Part shown: piece by piece, positions 50,634 through 60,720 of the stretch
How positions within the stretch are numbered: position 1 is the first letter of the stretch
Layout of the letters: each line of letters starts with the position of its first letter
The notes under the pieces: model-generated
What the model saw: the letters and a program-made list of their open reading frames with translations, nothing else
The model's database searches: none
Told to the model about the DNA's origin: nothing
Assembly (NCBI RefSeq): GCF_013149785.1
Contig: NZ_JABEZU010000001.1
Location: 1,364,001-1,428,000, forward strand
Length of the DNA: 64,000 bases
DNA from: Isoptericola halotolerans
GTDB taxonomy: Bacteria > Actinomycetota > Actinomycetes > Actinomycetales > Cellulomonadaceae
Direction of reading: 5' to 3'
Translations under genes and position numbers: made by a program

Positions 50634-51730
50634 GAGCGTGCCCGTCCCTTCCAGAGCAGCAGCGCGAACACCGGGGCGCCGATCGCCGCCGTGACGATCC
50701 CGACGGGCAGCTCGCGCGGGGCGAAGACGGTGCGGGCCAGGGTGTCCGCCCACATCAGGAACGTCGCCCCGCACAGCATCGACAGCGGCAGCAGGGCACG
50801 GTGGCGGGCGCCGACCAGGAGTCGCACCGCGTGGGGGAGGATCAGCCCGACGAACCCGATCGCCCCGGACTGCGAGACGAGCGCGCCGGTCAGCAGCGCG
50901 ACCACGAGCAGCAGCCCCCAGCGCACCCGCGCCACGGGCACCCCGAGCGCCGCGGCGGAGGTGTCGCCGAACGTGAAGGCGTCCAGCACCGATCCCGTCG
51001 AGGCCAGCAGCGTGCCGAGCACGAGCACCGCACCGGCCGTGACGGCCACCGACGTCCAGGTCGCCCCTGCCACGGACCCGAGCAGCCACGACAGGATCTC
51101 GCGGTACTGGTCGCCCTTCGCCGACCAGAAGATGACGAAGCTTGTCGCCGCGGCCGCGAGCTGGGACACGGCCAGCCCGGCGAGCACCGTGCGTGCCGGG
51201 GACAGCCCGCCGGCCCCCCGCCCCGAGGCCGAGGCGAGGGCGAGCGTGGTCACCAGTGCCGCCGTCGACCCCACGAACGCCGCCACCGGGAGCACCGCCG
51301 TCCAGCCCAGCACCAGTACGCATGCGGCACCGAAGGACGCCCCCGAGCTCAGCCCGAGCAGGTAGGGGTCCGCCAGCGGGTTGCGGGTGAGCGACTGCAT
51401 GACGACGCCGCAGACCGCGAGCCCGGCGCCGACCGCCGCAGCGGTGAGCACCCGGGGCATCCGCAGCTGCCACACGATGCCGTCGGCCAGCGTGTCGGGG
51501 GCGCCGATCCCCAGCAGGTCGCCCAGGCCCAACCGGGTGGCCACCACGTGGGCGACGTCCGACGGCGTCAGCCCGGCCGGGCCGATCGCCACCGTGACGA
51601 CCACGCTGGCCAGGAGCGCCGCCGTCGTCCCGCCCAGCCACACGAGCAGCCGCCCGCGCGACAGCGTGCCCGCCGCGCCCGAGGTGCTCGGGCGCGTGGT
51701 GCGGGCGGACGCCGTCGGTGCGTCAGTCAT
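50630..51730 (-). CDS. FecCD-type ABC permease (putative F420-0 importer)
   Basis: RMPR, RNPLADPYLLG, GAIGFVGL. Confidence 0.9.
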
Positions 51731-52751
51731 CGATGTCGATCTCCGCGAGCCCCTGGGAGATGCTCAGGGCGGCGTCGGCGTTGCGCACCCCCGCCTCGGA
51801 GGCGGGGAAGGGCACGACCAGGAACCGCTCCTCGGCCACGGCGGACAGCTCGGCGGTCGCCGGGTTCTCCTGCAGCCGGGCGATCTTGTCCTCGGCGCTG
51901 TTCCACGCCGCGTCGACCAGGACGATGACGTCGGGGTCGGCGTCGACGACCTCCTCCCAGGACATCGAGGTCCAGGTGTCCTCGACCTCCCCGGCGACGT
52001 TGCCCAGCCCCACGGCGTCGAGGATCATCTGCGGAGCCCCGATCCCGGCGCCCACGTACGGGATGTCGCTGCCGGAGGAGTACCAGAGCGCCTCGAGCCC
52101 GCGGTCGTCGGGGACGATGGCCCCGAGCACGGCGCTCTGCTCCAGCACGACGTCCTCGGCGGTCTCGGCGACGTCGAAGATCTGCCCGACCTCGCGCACG
52201 TCCGCCCACACGTCCTCGAAGGTCAGCGGGTTCGGCATGTACCCGGGGTCCTTGCACGCGGCCGGGGCGACATAGCTCGGCACCCCGAGGCTCGCGAGGG
52301 TCTCCCGGTCACCGGCGCCGTCCGCCGAGACGTTCGACTCCCAGCCGGCGTAGACGAGGTCCGGCTCCAGCTCCAGGAGTGCCTCCGTGCCCGGGACCTC
52401 GTCGCTGAACGGCTCGGCCACGGCCGTTCCCTCGGCCTCCTCCGCGAGCCACTGCGGGACCTCGCCGTCGAGGAACGCCGCACCGACGACCCGGTCGCCC
52501 AGCCCGAGAGCGAGCATCGTCTCGGCCGTCGAGGACTTGATGGTCACGACGCGCTCGGGTGCGGCGTCGAACGTCACCTCGGTGCCGCAGTTGTCGAGCG
52601 TGAGCGGGTACTGCGTGGCGGCGCCCTCCGCGGCGGGCGCACCCGACGGCGCGGACGTGGCGCCGTCGTCGGCGGTCCCTGTGCCGGACGAGCAGGCGGC
52701 CAGGACCAGGACGGTGGCGACGGGCAGGGCGAGAAGGTGCGGACGAGGCAC
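51723..52751 (-). CDS. lipoprotein substrate-binding subunit (putative F420-0 ABC transporter family)
   Basis: LAAC lipobox; YPLTLDNCG, VVTIKSS, AGWESN, APAAC, PYVGAG.GAP recalled from the putative F420-0 binding family; substrate is inferred. Confidence 0.8.
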   Translation of the reverse strand: MPRPHLLALPVATVLVLAACSSGTGTADDGATSAPSGAPAAEGAATQYPLTLDNCGTEVTFDAAPERVVTIKSSTAETMLALGLGDRVVGAAFLDGEVPQWLAEEAEGTAVAEPFSDEVPGTEALLELEPDLVYAGWESNVSADGAGDRETLASLGVPSYVAPAACKDPGYMPNPLTFEDVWADVREVGQIFDVAETAEDVVLEQSAVLGAIVPDDRGLEALWYSSGSDIPYVGAGIGAPQMILDAVGLGNVAGEVEDTWTSMSWEEVVDADPDVIVLVDAAWNSAEDKIARLQENPATAELSAVAEERFLVVPFPASEAGVRNADAALSISQGLAEIDIDD

Positions 52752-52814
52752 GCGGGAGGCTCCCTCTGAGCGGTTGGCGCACGGCGCGACGAGGCGGGGC
52801 GTGCAGGGTGGACG

Positions 52815-52900
52815 CGGTGCGTCATCTCGCACCGACCGGACCTGCGACCCAGAGGGGAGGGGTCGCACCGACGGGCGAGTCAGGGGTGCCCGTGGTCCGC
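52815..52900 (-). ncRNA. structured 5' leader (riboswitch-like candidate) of the ABC importer operon
   Basis: Three-way junction plus a fourth hairpin, beginning about 7 nt after TAGGCT; matches no riboswitch class I recognise. Confidence 0.45.
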
Positions 52901-52981
52901 AGGTCCAGCCTAGTACGCCGTCCGACCAGGCCGGGAGTCCCTTCGTGGAACAGCACGGCAGGCGCACCCGTTGACAGCGGC

Positions 52982-53407
52982 ATGACGACCTCGACCCTCA
53001 CCCCGACCGACGAGACCATCCGTCGCGTCCTGCAGGACACCACGACCTGGGCCGTGGTGGGCCTGTCCACGAACACGGCCCGCGCGGCGTACGGCGTCGC
53101 CAAGACGTTGCAGCGGCACGGCAAGCGGGTCGTGCCCGTGCACCCCTCGGCACCGACGGTGCACGGCGAGCAGGGCTTCGCCACCCTCGCCGAGATCCCT
53201 TTTCCCGTCGACGTCGTGGACGTCTTCGTGCGTTCCGAGCTCGCCGGGGACATCGCGGACCAGGCGATCGCGGCGGGAACCCGCGCCGTCTGGTTCCAGC
53301 TCGACGTGATCGACCAGGTCGCCGCCGCGCGCGTCCGGGACGCCGGGCTGGACATGGTGATGGACCGCTGCCCGGCCATCGAGCTGCCCCGGCTCGGCAT
53401 CGCCTGA
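52982..53407 (+). CDS. CoA-binding protein (YccU-like)
   Basis: WAVVGLS, VDVVDVF, VWFQL, MDRCP. Confidence 0.92.
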   Translation: MTTSTLTPTDETIRRVLQDTTTWAVVGLSTNTARAAYGVAKTLQRHGKRVVPVHPSAPTVHGEQGFATLAEIPFPVDVVDVFVRSELAGDIADQAIAAGTRAVWFQLDVIDQVAAARVRDAGLDMVMDRCPAIELPRLGIA

Positions 53408-53499
53408 GCCGACTCGGGAGCACGACCACTCCTTACGAGCCGGTGACGGATGGCGCCCGTGCGCTGGTGAGCGTGCGTCGCGGTGACACAGTGGTCGGC

Positions 53500-55080
53500 A
53501 TGGACCACAGCACCGGCGGCCGCTGGGCCGCCCTCGCCGGCGTCGTCGCCGCCGGGGCAGGGCTGGCGGCGGCCGAGCTGGTCGCCGCCGTCGTCGACCC
53601 CGCCGCCTCGCCCGTGCTCGCGCTGGGCGCTGCCTTCGTCGACGTCGTCCCGCCCTGGCTCAAGGACGTCGCCGTGGAGTGGTTCGGCACGGCGGACAAG
53701 GCCGTGCTGCTGGCGACGATGGGACTGGTCCTGGTGGCCGGTGCGGCGCTCGCGGGCTGGTTGCAGCACCGGCGTCCGCCGTGGGGTGGCGCCCTGCTGG
53801 GCGCGGTCGGCGTGGCGCTCGCGCTGATCGCGGTGAACCGTCCGGGCGCCACCGCCGTGTGGGCGGTGCCGAGCCTGCTCGGCGTCGGGGCTGCGGTCGT
53901 GCTGCTGCGCGTGCTCGTCGCCCGGGTGCCGGCGTCGTCGGCCGCCCTGCCGGCCGCGCTGCCGGTCACCGTGCCCGCTGGCGGGGAGGTCACCGCGCTG
54001 CCCGGTGACGGTCCCTCGCGCCGCTCGTTCCTGGCCTGGACCGGAGCGACCGCGGCCGGTGCGATCGTGGCGCTGGTGGCCGCGCGCGTGGTGTCGGCGG
54101 GAAGCCGGGCGGTCGAGGTGGTCCGCGAGGCGATCCGGTTGCCTGCTGCCGCGACCCCGGCGCCCGCCGTCCCCCCGGGCGCCGACCTCGGTGTCCCCGG
54201 CGCGGACCCGTACATCAGCCCGAACGACGGCTTCTACCGCATCGACACCGCGCTGCGGATCCCGACCGTCGACCCGGCCGACTGGTCCCTGCGGGTCACC
54301 GGACTGGTCGACGAGCCCTTCGAGCTCACCTGGGACGAGCTGCTCGCGCTGCCGCTGACCGAGCACCACGTCACCCTGGCCTGCGTGTCGAACGCGGTCG
54401 GCGGGGACCTCATCGGCAACGCGCTGTGGCTCGGCTACCCGATCCGTGAGCTGCTCGCCCGCGCCAGGCCGCAGGCGGACGCCGACATGGTGCTCTCGTC
54501 CAGCGTCGACGGCTGGACGGCCGGCACGCCGTTGGAGGTGCTGACCGACCCGGACCGCGAGAGCCTGCTGGCGATCGGCATGAACGGCGAGCCGCTGCCC
54601 GAGCGGCACGGCTTCCCGGCGCGGCTCGTGGTGCCGGGGCTGTACGGGTACGTCTCGGCGACCAAGTGGGTCACCGAGCTGAAGGTCACCCGGTTCGCCG
54701 ACGACGAGGGCTACTGGACGCCGCGCGGCTGGTCGGCCCTCGGTCCGGTGAAGCTGCAGTCGCGCATCGACGTGCCGCGCTCGGGCTCCGTCGGGGCCGG
54801 CGAGGTGGTCGTTGCCGGCGTCGCCTGGGCGCAGCACACCGGCATCGACGCGGTCGAGGTCAGCATCGACGACGGCCCGTGGCAGGCCGCCGAGGTCGCC
54901 GACACCGTCGGACCGGACACGTGGCGGCAGTGGCGGTACGTGTGGGACGCGCCGCCCGGCGACCACACGATCACGGTGCGGGCCACCGACGCCGACGGCG
55001 AGGTCCAGACGAGCGACCAGGCGCCGCCCGCCCCCGACGGCGCCACCGGCTGGCACTCCGTGCAGGTCAGCGTCGGCTGA
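53500..55080 (+). CDS. membrane-anchored molybdopterin oxidoreductase (sulfite oxidase family)
   Basis: FYRID, CVSN (Mo-ligand Cys), HGFP.R, GLYGYVSATKW; N-terminal TM segments. Confidence 0.92.
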   Translation: MDHSTGGRWAALAGVVAAGAGLAAAELVAAVVDPAASPVLALGAAFVDVVPPWLKDVAVEWFGTADKAVLLATMGLVLVAGAALAGWLQHRRPPWGGALLGAVGVALALIAVNRPGATAVWAVPSLLGVGAAVVLLRVLVARVPASSAALPAALPVTVPAGGEVTALPGDGPSRRSFLAWTGATAAGAIVALVAARVVSAGSRAVEVVREAIRLPAAATPAPAVPPGADLGVPGADPYISPNDGFYRIDTALRIPTVDPADWSLRVTGLVDEPFELTWDELLALPLTEHHVTLACVSNAVGGDLIGNALWLGYPIRELLARARPQADADMVLSSSVDGWTAGTPLEVLTDPDRESLLAIGMNGEPLPERHGFPARLVVPGLYGYVSATKWVTELKVTRFADDEGYWTPRGWSALGPVKLQSRIDVPRSGSVGAGEVVVAGVAWAQHTGIDAVEVSIDDGPWQAAEVADTVGPDTWRQWRYVWDAPPGDHTITVRATDADGEVQTSDQAPPAPDGATGWHSVQVSVG

Positions 55081-55105
55081 CCTCTCCCCGGACGGGCGCG
55101 GCAGG

Positions 55106-55744
55106 TCAGGCGCGCGCCTCGAACGCGAGCCGGGCACCGAAGGCGACGAGCAACCCTCCGGTGACCCGGTCGAGCCAGCGCACGGCACCCGAGCGGCGCA
55201 GACGTGGCCCGGCGACGCCGGCACCGAGCAGGACCGCCGAGAGCCAGAGCGTGCCGAGCACGCAGTGCACGGTGGCGAGCAGCAGCCCCATGAGCAACGG
55301 GTTCACCCCGGCAGGTGTGAACTGCGGGATGGCCGCCACGTAGAAGACGCCGACCTTGGGGTTCATCAGGTTCGTGCCCAGACCCAGACCGAAGTGCCGC
55401 CATCGGCCCGACGCGGGTGGGGGTGCCCCGACGGCGCCGTCCTCGACGCGCCGGCGCAGAGAGGCCGCGATCATCGACACGCCCATCCACACGAGGTAGA
55501 CGGCGCCGGCGATCGTCAGCACGCGGTACGCCGTCTGGCTCGCGGCGAGCAGCGCCGCGGCTCCACCGGCCGCGGCAGCCCCCCACAGCAGGGTGCCGAC
55601 CTGGATGCCGCCGAGGGCCGCGACGCCGTGCCGGCGCGAACGCGTCAGCGTGCTGCGGAGCACGAGCGCGGTGTCCATGCCGGGGATGACGGTCAGCAGC
55701 CCGGCCACGACGACGAAGGCCAGCACGGCCTGGGTGACGGTCAC
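55106..55744 (-). CDS. LysE/RhtB family exporter
   Basis: IPGMD, GAVYL, TNLMNPK. Confidence 0.9.
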   Translation of the reverse strand: MTVTQAVLAFVVVAGLLTVIPGMDTALVLRSTLTRSRRHGVAALGGIQVGTLLWGAAAAGGAAALLAASQTAYRVLTIAGAVYLVWMGVSMIAASLRRRVEDGAVGAPPPASGRWRHFGLGLGTNLMNPKVGVFYVAAIPQFTPAGVNPLLMGLLLATVHCVLGTLWLSAVLLGAGVAGPRLRRSGAVRWLDRVTGGLLVAFGARLAFEARA

Positions 55745-55761
55745 GGCGTCACGGTAGCGCC

Positions 55762-57156
55762 TCAGGGGCGCACGGCGAGCGCCACGGCGCGGGCGACCGG
55801 TCCAGGGTCGTCGCGCAGCATCCCGACCGTCAGTCGAAGGTGCCCGTCCGCCCGACCAGCGTGCGCGCGACCGGCGCGGAACGGTGCGCCCACCGCGACG
55901 CGGACCCCTGCGGCCTCGAGGCGGGTCCGCGCGGTGGCCTCGTCGTCGACCGCGAGCCACAGGTTCACGCCGTCGCCGGCCTGCACGTCGAGGCCCTGGC
56001 GGGCGAGTGCAGCGACGAACCCGCGCTGACGCGCAAAGTACATCCGGCGGGCGTGCTCCACGGCCGCGACCGCCGTGGAGTCCGTCAGCAGGTCCACCAG
56101 GACACGCTGCAGCAGACGGCTGGTCCAGCCCGGGCCGAGCATCCGCCGGGCCACGAGCGGATCGAGGACCCGTGCCGGTCCGCCGACGGCGGCGATCCGC
56201 AGGTCGGGGCCGTGCGACTTGGAGTAGGAGCGCACGTGCACCACCTGGTCCGGCAGGTACGACCCGAGGCTGACGTCCCGCGCGGAGGAGATCAGGCCGG
56301 AGTGGTCGTCCTCGATGACGGCGACGCCGGGACCGAGCCGTCGGAGCAGACCGGCCAGCTCACGTGCCCGGGTGGGGGTCAGGCTGCGCCCGGTCGGGTT
56401 CTGCGCCCGAGGCTGGAGCACGACGGCTCGCACCCCCCGGCCGAGGGCCGCCGCCAGAGACCGGTGACGTACCCCGCGCTCGTCGAGCTCCAGCGGCACA
56501 CGCTCCAGGCCGAGCTGGTCGAGAAGGTCGAACGTCGGGGGGAAGCCGGGGTCCTCGACGGCGACGCGGTCGCCGAACCCGACGACCTGCTCCAGCGTGC
56601 GGCCGATCGCATCGAGCGCGCCGTCGACGACGGTGACGCGTTGCGGGCTGAAGGGCCACGTCTCACGCGTCAGGGTCTCCAGCTCGGGCAGCACAGGCGA
56701 CTCGAGATAGCTGCTGGTGTCGGCCGCCGGAACGTGGTGGGCGGCACGTGCGAGCGCCGGACCGAGTCGGGGCAGGAGGTCGGCGTCGGGGGTGCCGCTG
56801 GACAGGTCGACGCGCGGTGCACCGGGAGCCGCGCCCGCCTGGTCGGCCGGGGCGCCGGCGTCGGCCGCCATGGACCGGTAGCGAGGTGGCAGCCAGCTGC
56901 GCGGGGCGGGCAGGACGGAGGTCCCCGCCCGGCCGCGCGAGGTGACGAGCCCGACGGCGGACATCGCCTGGAACGCGCCGCTGACCGTCGCCGGGCTGAC
57001 CCCCAGCTCGCGGGCCAGGTCGCGCACGGTCGGCAACCGGTCCCCGGTGCGCAGCGCGCCGGAACGGACGAGACGCGAGAGCGAGGCGGCGATGCCGCGA
57101 GGGCTGCGCTCGGCGACCTCGGCGGCGATCCGGGCGGCGTCGTAGGAGGGCTCCAT
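55762..57156 (-). CDS. MocR/GabR-family (GntR HTH plus PLP aminotransferase-like) regulator
   Basis: GDRLPTVRDLA...VSPATV; QNPTG, IEDD, SYSK; divergent from the pyrimidine operon. Confidence 0.92.
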   Translation of the reverse strand: MEPSYDAARIAAEVAERSPRGIAASLSRLVRSGALRTGDRLPTVRDLARELGVSPATVSGAFQAMSAVGLVTSRGRAGTSVLPAPRSWLPPRYRSMAADAGAPADQAGAAPGAPRVDLSSGTPDADLLPRLGPALARAAHHVPAADTSSYLESPVLPELETLTRETWPFSPQRVTVVDGALDAIGRTLEQVVGFGDRVAVEDPGFPPTFDLLDQLGLERVPLELDERGVRHRSLAAALGRGVRAVVLQPRAQNPTGRSLTPTRARELAGLLRRLGPGVAVIEDDHSGLISSARDVSLGSYLPDQVVHVRSYSKSHGPDLRIAAVGGPARVLDPLVARRMLGPGWTSRLLQRVLVDLLTDSTAVAAVEHARRMYFARQRGFVAALARQGLDVQAGDGVNLWLAVDDEATARTRLEAAGVRVAVGAPFRAGRAHAGRADGHLRLTVGMLRDDPGPVARAVALAVRP

Positions 57157-57334
57157 GCGGTCATCGTGCCTGCCCGTGAGGCCCGGAACCGCAGTGTTTA
57201 CGTGGCCGACCCCGATGGACCCGGCATCGAAACCCAGGGTTACGCCGCAGAAATGTTCAAGCCACAGAGTCACGTTCGTCGTCATCTCGTGGGAGGCCCG
57301 GCCGACCGCGACGGATCTTCGGAAGGTCGTAGAC

Positions 57335-58183
57335 ATGAGCGTGGTACGCGTCGCATTCACCCAGGCCCGGTGGACCGGTGACAAGGAGTCGATGATCGCC
57401 CTGCACGAGCAGTGGGCGCGGGAGGCGGCCTCGCAGGGCGCACAGGTCGTCGCGTTCCAGGAGCTGTTCTACGGGCCCTACTTCGGGATCACCCAGGACA
57501 CGGAGTACTACGACTACGCCGAGTCGGTGCCGGGCCCGACGGTCGACCGGTTCGCCGCGCTGGCCAAGGAGCTGGGTGTCGTCATGGTGCTCCCGGTCTA
57601 CGAGGAGGAGCAGCCCGGGGTGCTCTACAACACCGCGGCGGTGATCGACGCGGACGGCACCTACCTCGGCAAGTACCGCAAGCACCACATCCCGCACCTG
57701 CCGAAATTCTGGGAGAAGTTCTACTTCCGTCCCGGCAACCTCGGCTACCCGGTCTTCGAGACGGCGGTCGGCAGGATCGGCGTCAACATCTGCTACGACC
57801 GGCACTTCCCGGAGGGCTGGCGTGTGCTCGCGCTGAACGGTGCCGAGATCGTCTTCAACCCGAACGCGACCGCGCCCGGCGTCTCCAACCGGCTGTGGGA
57901 GATCGAGCAGCCGGCGGCCGCCGCCGCGAACGGCATCTTCGTCGTCGCGAACAACCGGGTCGGCCGGGAGGACAACGAGTACGGCGACGAGGCGGTGGCG
58001 TTCTACGGCAGCTCCTACGCCGTGGGACCGGACGGCAACTACGTGGGTGACGTCGCCAGCGCCACCGAGGACGAGCTCGTCATCCGTGACCTCGACCTGG
58101 GCCAGATCCGCGAGGTGCGCGAGCGCTGGCAGTTCTTCCGCGACCGCCGGCCCGACGCCTACGGGCCGATCTCGGCTCCCTGA
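57335..58183 (+). CDS. nitrilase-family C-N hydrolase, probable beta-ureidopropionase
   Basis: E-K-C triad (FQEL, KYRKHHIP, ICYDRH); WEKFYFRPGN. Confidence 0.88.
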   Translation: MSVVRVAFTQARWTGDKESMIALHEQWAREAASQGAQVVAFQELFYGPYFGITQDTEYYDYAESVPGPTVDRFAALAKELGVVMVLPVYEEEQPGVLYNTAAVIDADGTYLGKYRKHHIPHLPKFWEKFYFRPGNLGYPVFETAVGRIGVNICYDRHFPEGWRVLALNGAEIVFNPNATAPGVSNRLWEIEQPAAAAANGIFVVANNRVGREDNEYGDEAVAFYGSSYAVGPDGNYVGDVASATEDELVIRDLDLGQIREVRERWQFFRDRRPDAYGPISAP

Positions 58184-58221
58184 CCGGCACCCACCGCGAC
58201 CTGCCAGCCCTGGAGGCCCCC

Positions 58222-59655
58222 ATGAAGACCCTCATCACCGGCGGGACCGTCGTCAACGCGTCCGGCCGCTCCCGTGCCGACGTCCTGATCGACGGCGAGA
58301 AGGTCGTCGCCCTGCTCGACCCGGGCTCCACGGCCCTCGGCGTGGACCTCGCGGCCAGCGTGGACACGGTGATCGACGCGACCGGCAAGTACGTGGTGCC
58401 GGGCGGCATCGACGCGCACACCCACATGGAGATGCCCTTCGGCGGCACGTTCGCCTCGGACACCTTCGCCACCGGGACGACGGCGGCCGCCTGGGGCGGG
58501 ACGACGACGATCGTCGACTTCGTCGTCCAGTACCCGGAGCAGAACGTGCTCGACCAGTACGCGCTCTGGCACGAGAAGGCCGCCGGGAGCTGTGCCGTCG
58601 ACTACGGGTTCCACCAGATCCTCTCGGACGTGCAGGACTCCTCCCTGCAGGCCATGGACGAGCTGATCGACGAGGGCGTGACCAGCTTCAAGCTGTTCAT
58701 GGCCTACAAAGGGGTCTTCCTCTCCGACGACGGCCAGATCCTGCGGGCCATGCAGAAGGCGGCCGACAACGGCGCGATGATGATGATGCACGCGGAGAAC
58801 GGCGCCGTCATCGACGTCCTGGTGCAGCAGGCGCTCGCCGCGGGCAACACCTCGCCGTTCTTCCACGGCACGACCCGACCCTGGCAGGCGGAGGCCGAGG
58901 CGACGTCGCGAGCGATCATGCTCGCCGACCTGACCGGCGCGCCGCTGTACGTGGTGCACGTCTCCGCCAAGCAGGCCGTCGAGCAGATCGCGCTCGCCCG
59001 CGACCGCGGCCAGAACGTGTTCGGCGAGACGTGCCCGCAGTACCTGTACCTGTCGCTGGAGGAGCAGCTCGGCGCCCGCAGCGAGCAGTGGGGCGACTTC
59101 GAGGGCGCCAAGTGGGTGTGCTCGACGCCGCTGCGCTCGCGGGCCGAGGGCCACCAGGACCACATGTGGCAGGCGCTGCGCACCAACGACCTGCAGCTCG
59201 TCTCGACCGACCACTGCCCCTTCTGCATGGCCGACCAGAAGGAGCTGGGCACGGGGGACTTCTCGAAGATCCCCAACGGCATCGGCTCGGTCGAGCACCG
59301 GATGGACCTCATGTACCAGGGCGTCGTCACCGGCCGGATCAGTCTCGAGCGCTGGGTCGAGATCACCTCCGTCACCCCGGCGCGGATGTTCGGCATGTAC
59401 GGGCGCAAGGGCGTCATCGCCCCGGGCGCCGACGCCGACGTCGTCGTCTACGACCCCGCCGGGCACACCAGCATCGGGGTGGGCAAGACCCACCACATGA
59501 ACATGGACTACTCGGCCTGGGAGGGCTACGAGATCGACGGGCACGTCGACACGGTCCTGTCCCGTGGCCGCGTGATCGTCCAGGACGACGCCTTCGTGGG
59601 CGAGGTCGGCCACGGCCGGTACGTCAAGCGTGACCTGACCCAGTACCTCGTCTGA
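58222..59655 (+). CDS. hydA: dihydropyrimidinase
   Basis: PGGIDAHTH, GGTTT, SFKLFMAY, HAENG, STDHCPF, IPNG. Confidence 0.93.
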   Translation: MKTLITGGTVVNASGRSRADVLIDGEKVVALLDPGSTALGVDLAASVDTVIDATGKYVVPGGIDAHTHMEMPFGGTFASDTFATGTTAAAWGGTTTIVDFVVQYPEQNVLDQYALWHEKAAGSCAVDYGFHQILSDVQDSSLQAMDELIDEGVTSFKLFMAYKGVFLSDDGQILRAMQKAADNGAMMMMHAENGAVIDVLVQQALAAGNTSPFFHGTTRPWQAEAEATSRAIMLADLTGAPLYVVHVSAKQAVEQIALARDRGQNVFGETCPQYLYLSLEEQLGARSEQWGDFEGAKWVCSTPLRSRAEGHQDHMWQALRTNDLQLVSTDHCPFCMADQKELGTGDFSKIPNGIGSVEHRMDLMYQGVVTGRISLERWVEITSVTPARMFGMYGRKGVIAPGADADVVVYDPAGHTSIGVGKTHHMNMDYSAWEGYEIDGHVDTVLSRGRVIVQDDAFVGEVGHGRYVKRDLTQYLV

Positions 59656-59688
59656 CGGCACCCGCCGACCAACCTCAGGAGATTCCTC

Positions 59689-60720
59689 ATGGACTTCGGT
59701 GTCGTCCTCCAGACCGACCCGCCCGCCTCGCGCGTCGTCGAGCTCACCCGCCAGGCCGAGAACCACGGCTTCGACTACGCGTGGACCTTCGACTCGCACC
59801 TGCTGTGGCAGGAGCCGTTCGTCATCTACTCGGCGATGCTCGCCGCCACCCGCCGGATCACGGTGGGCCCGATGGTCACCAACCCCGCGACCCGGGACTG
59901 GACGGTCCTGGCCTCGCTGTTCGCCACCCTCAACGACATGTACGGCAACCGCACCATCTGCGGGATCGGTCGGGGCGACTCCGCGGTACGCACCCTCAAC
60001 GGACGGCCGTCGAACCTGGCCACGCTGCGCGACGCCGTCCACGTCATCCGCGAGCTCGGCAACTCCCGGCCGGTCGAGCTCGGCGACCGCACGGTGCAGT
60101 TCCCGTGGAGCAAGGGCTCGGTGCTGGACGTCTGGGTGGCCGCCTACGGGCCGCGGGCGCTCGCGCTGACGGGGCAGGTGGGGGACGGCTTCATCCTGCA
60201 GCTCGCCGACCCGGACATCGCCGCCTGGATGATCCGCGCGGTGCGCGACTCGGCGGAGGCCGCCGGACGTGACCCGGACGAGGTCGCGTTCTGCGTCGCG
60301 GCGCCGGCCTACACCGGCGACGGCGCCTCCCCGGCGGCGCGCGCCCACATGCGTGAGCAGTGCCGGTGGTTCGGCGGCATGGTCGGCAACCACGTGGCGG
60401 ACATCGTGTCGCGGTACGGCACGGACTCGGCGATCCCGAAGGCCCTGACCGACTACGTCCGCGACCGCGAGGGGTACGACTACAACGAGCACGGCCGGGC
60501 CGGGAACACCCACACCCGGTTCGTCCCCGACGAGATCGTCGAGCGGTTCTGCGTGCTCGGCTCGCCCGCGGAGCACGTCGCCAAGCTGGAGGCGCTGCGC
60601 GACCTGGGCGTCACCCAGTTCGCCGCCTACCTGCAGCACGACAACAAGGACGACACGCTGCGCACCTACGGCGAGCGCGTCATCCCCGCGATGCGCGAGC
60701 TGGTGGCGGCGAGCGCATGA
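59689..60720 (+). CDS. LLM-class, probably F420-dependent oxidoreductase (TIGR03842-like)
   Basis: FDSH.LW, GPMVTNP, GIGRGDSA, AAYGP (Mer-like). Confidence 0.85.
   Translation: MDFGVVLQTDPPASRVVELTRQAENHGFDYAWTFDSHLLWQEPFVIYSAMLAATRRITVGPMVTNPATRDWTVLASLFATLNDMYGNRTICGIGRGDSAVRTLNGRPSNLATLRDAVHVIRELGNSRPVELGDRTVQFPWSKGSVLDVWVAAYGPRALALTGQVGDGFILQLADPDIAAWMIRAVRDSAEAAGRDPDEVAFCVAAPAYTGDGASPAARAHMREQCRWFGGMVGNHVADIVSRYGTDSAIPKALTDYVRDREGYDYNEHGRAGNTHTRFVPDEIVERFCVLGSPAEHVAKLEALRDLGVTQFAAYLQHDNKDDTLRTYGERVIPAMRELVAASA

Noticed and set aside
52752..52912. Cobalamin or FMN riboswitch upstream of the FecCD-type ABC operon
   Set aside because: No B12-box (GGGAA...GCCCCCGCAACTGT-like) and no FMN consensus (AGGGCGGGGTGAAATTCCC...AGTCCGGATG) present.
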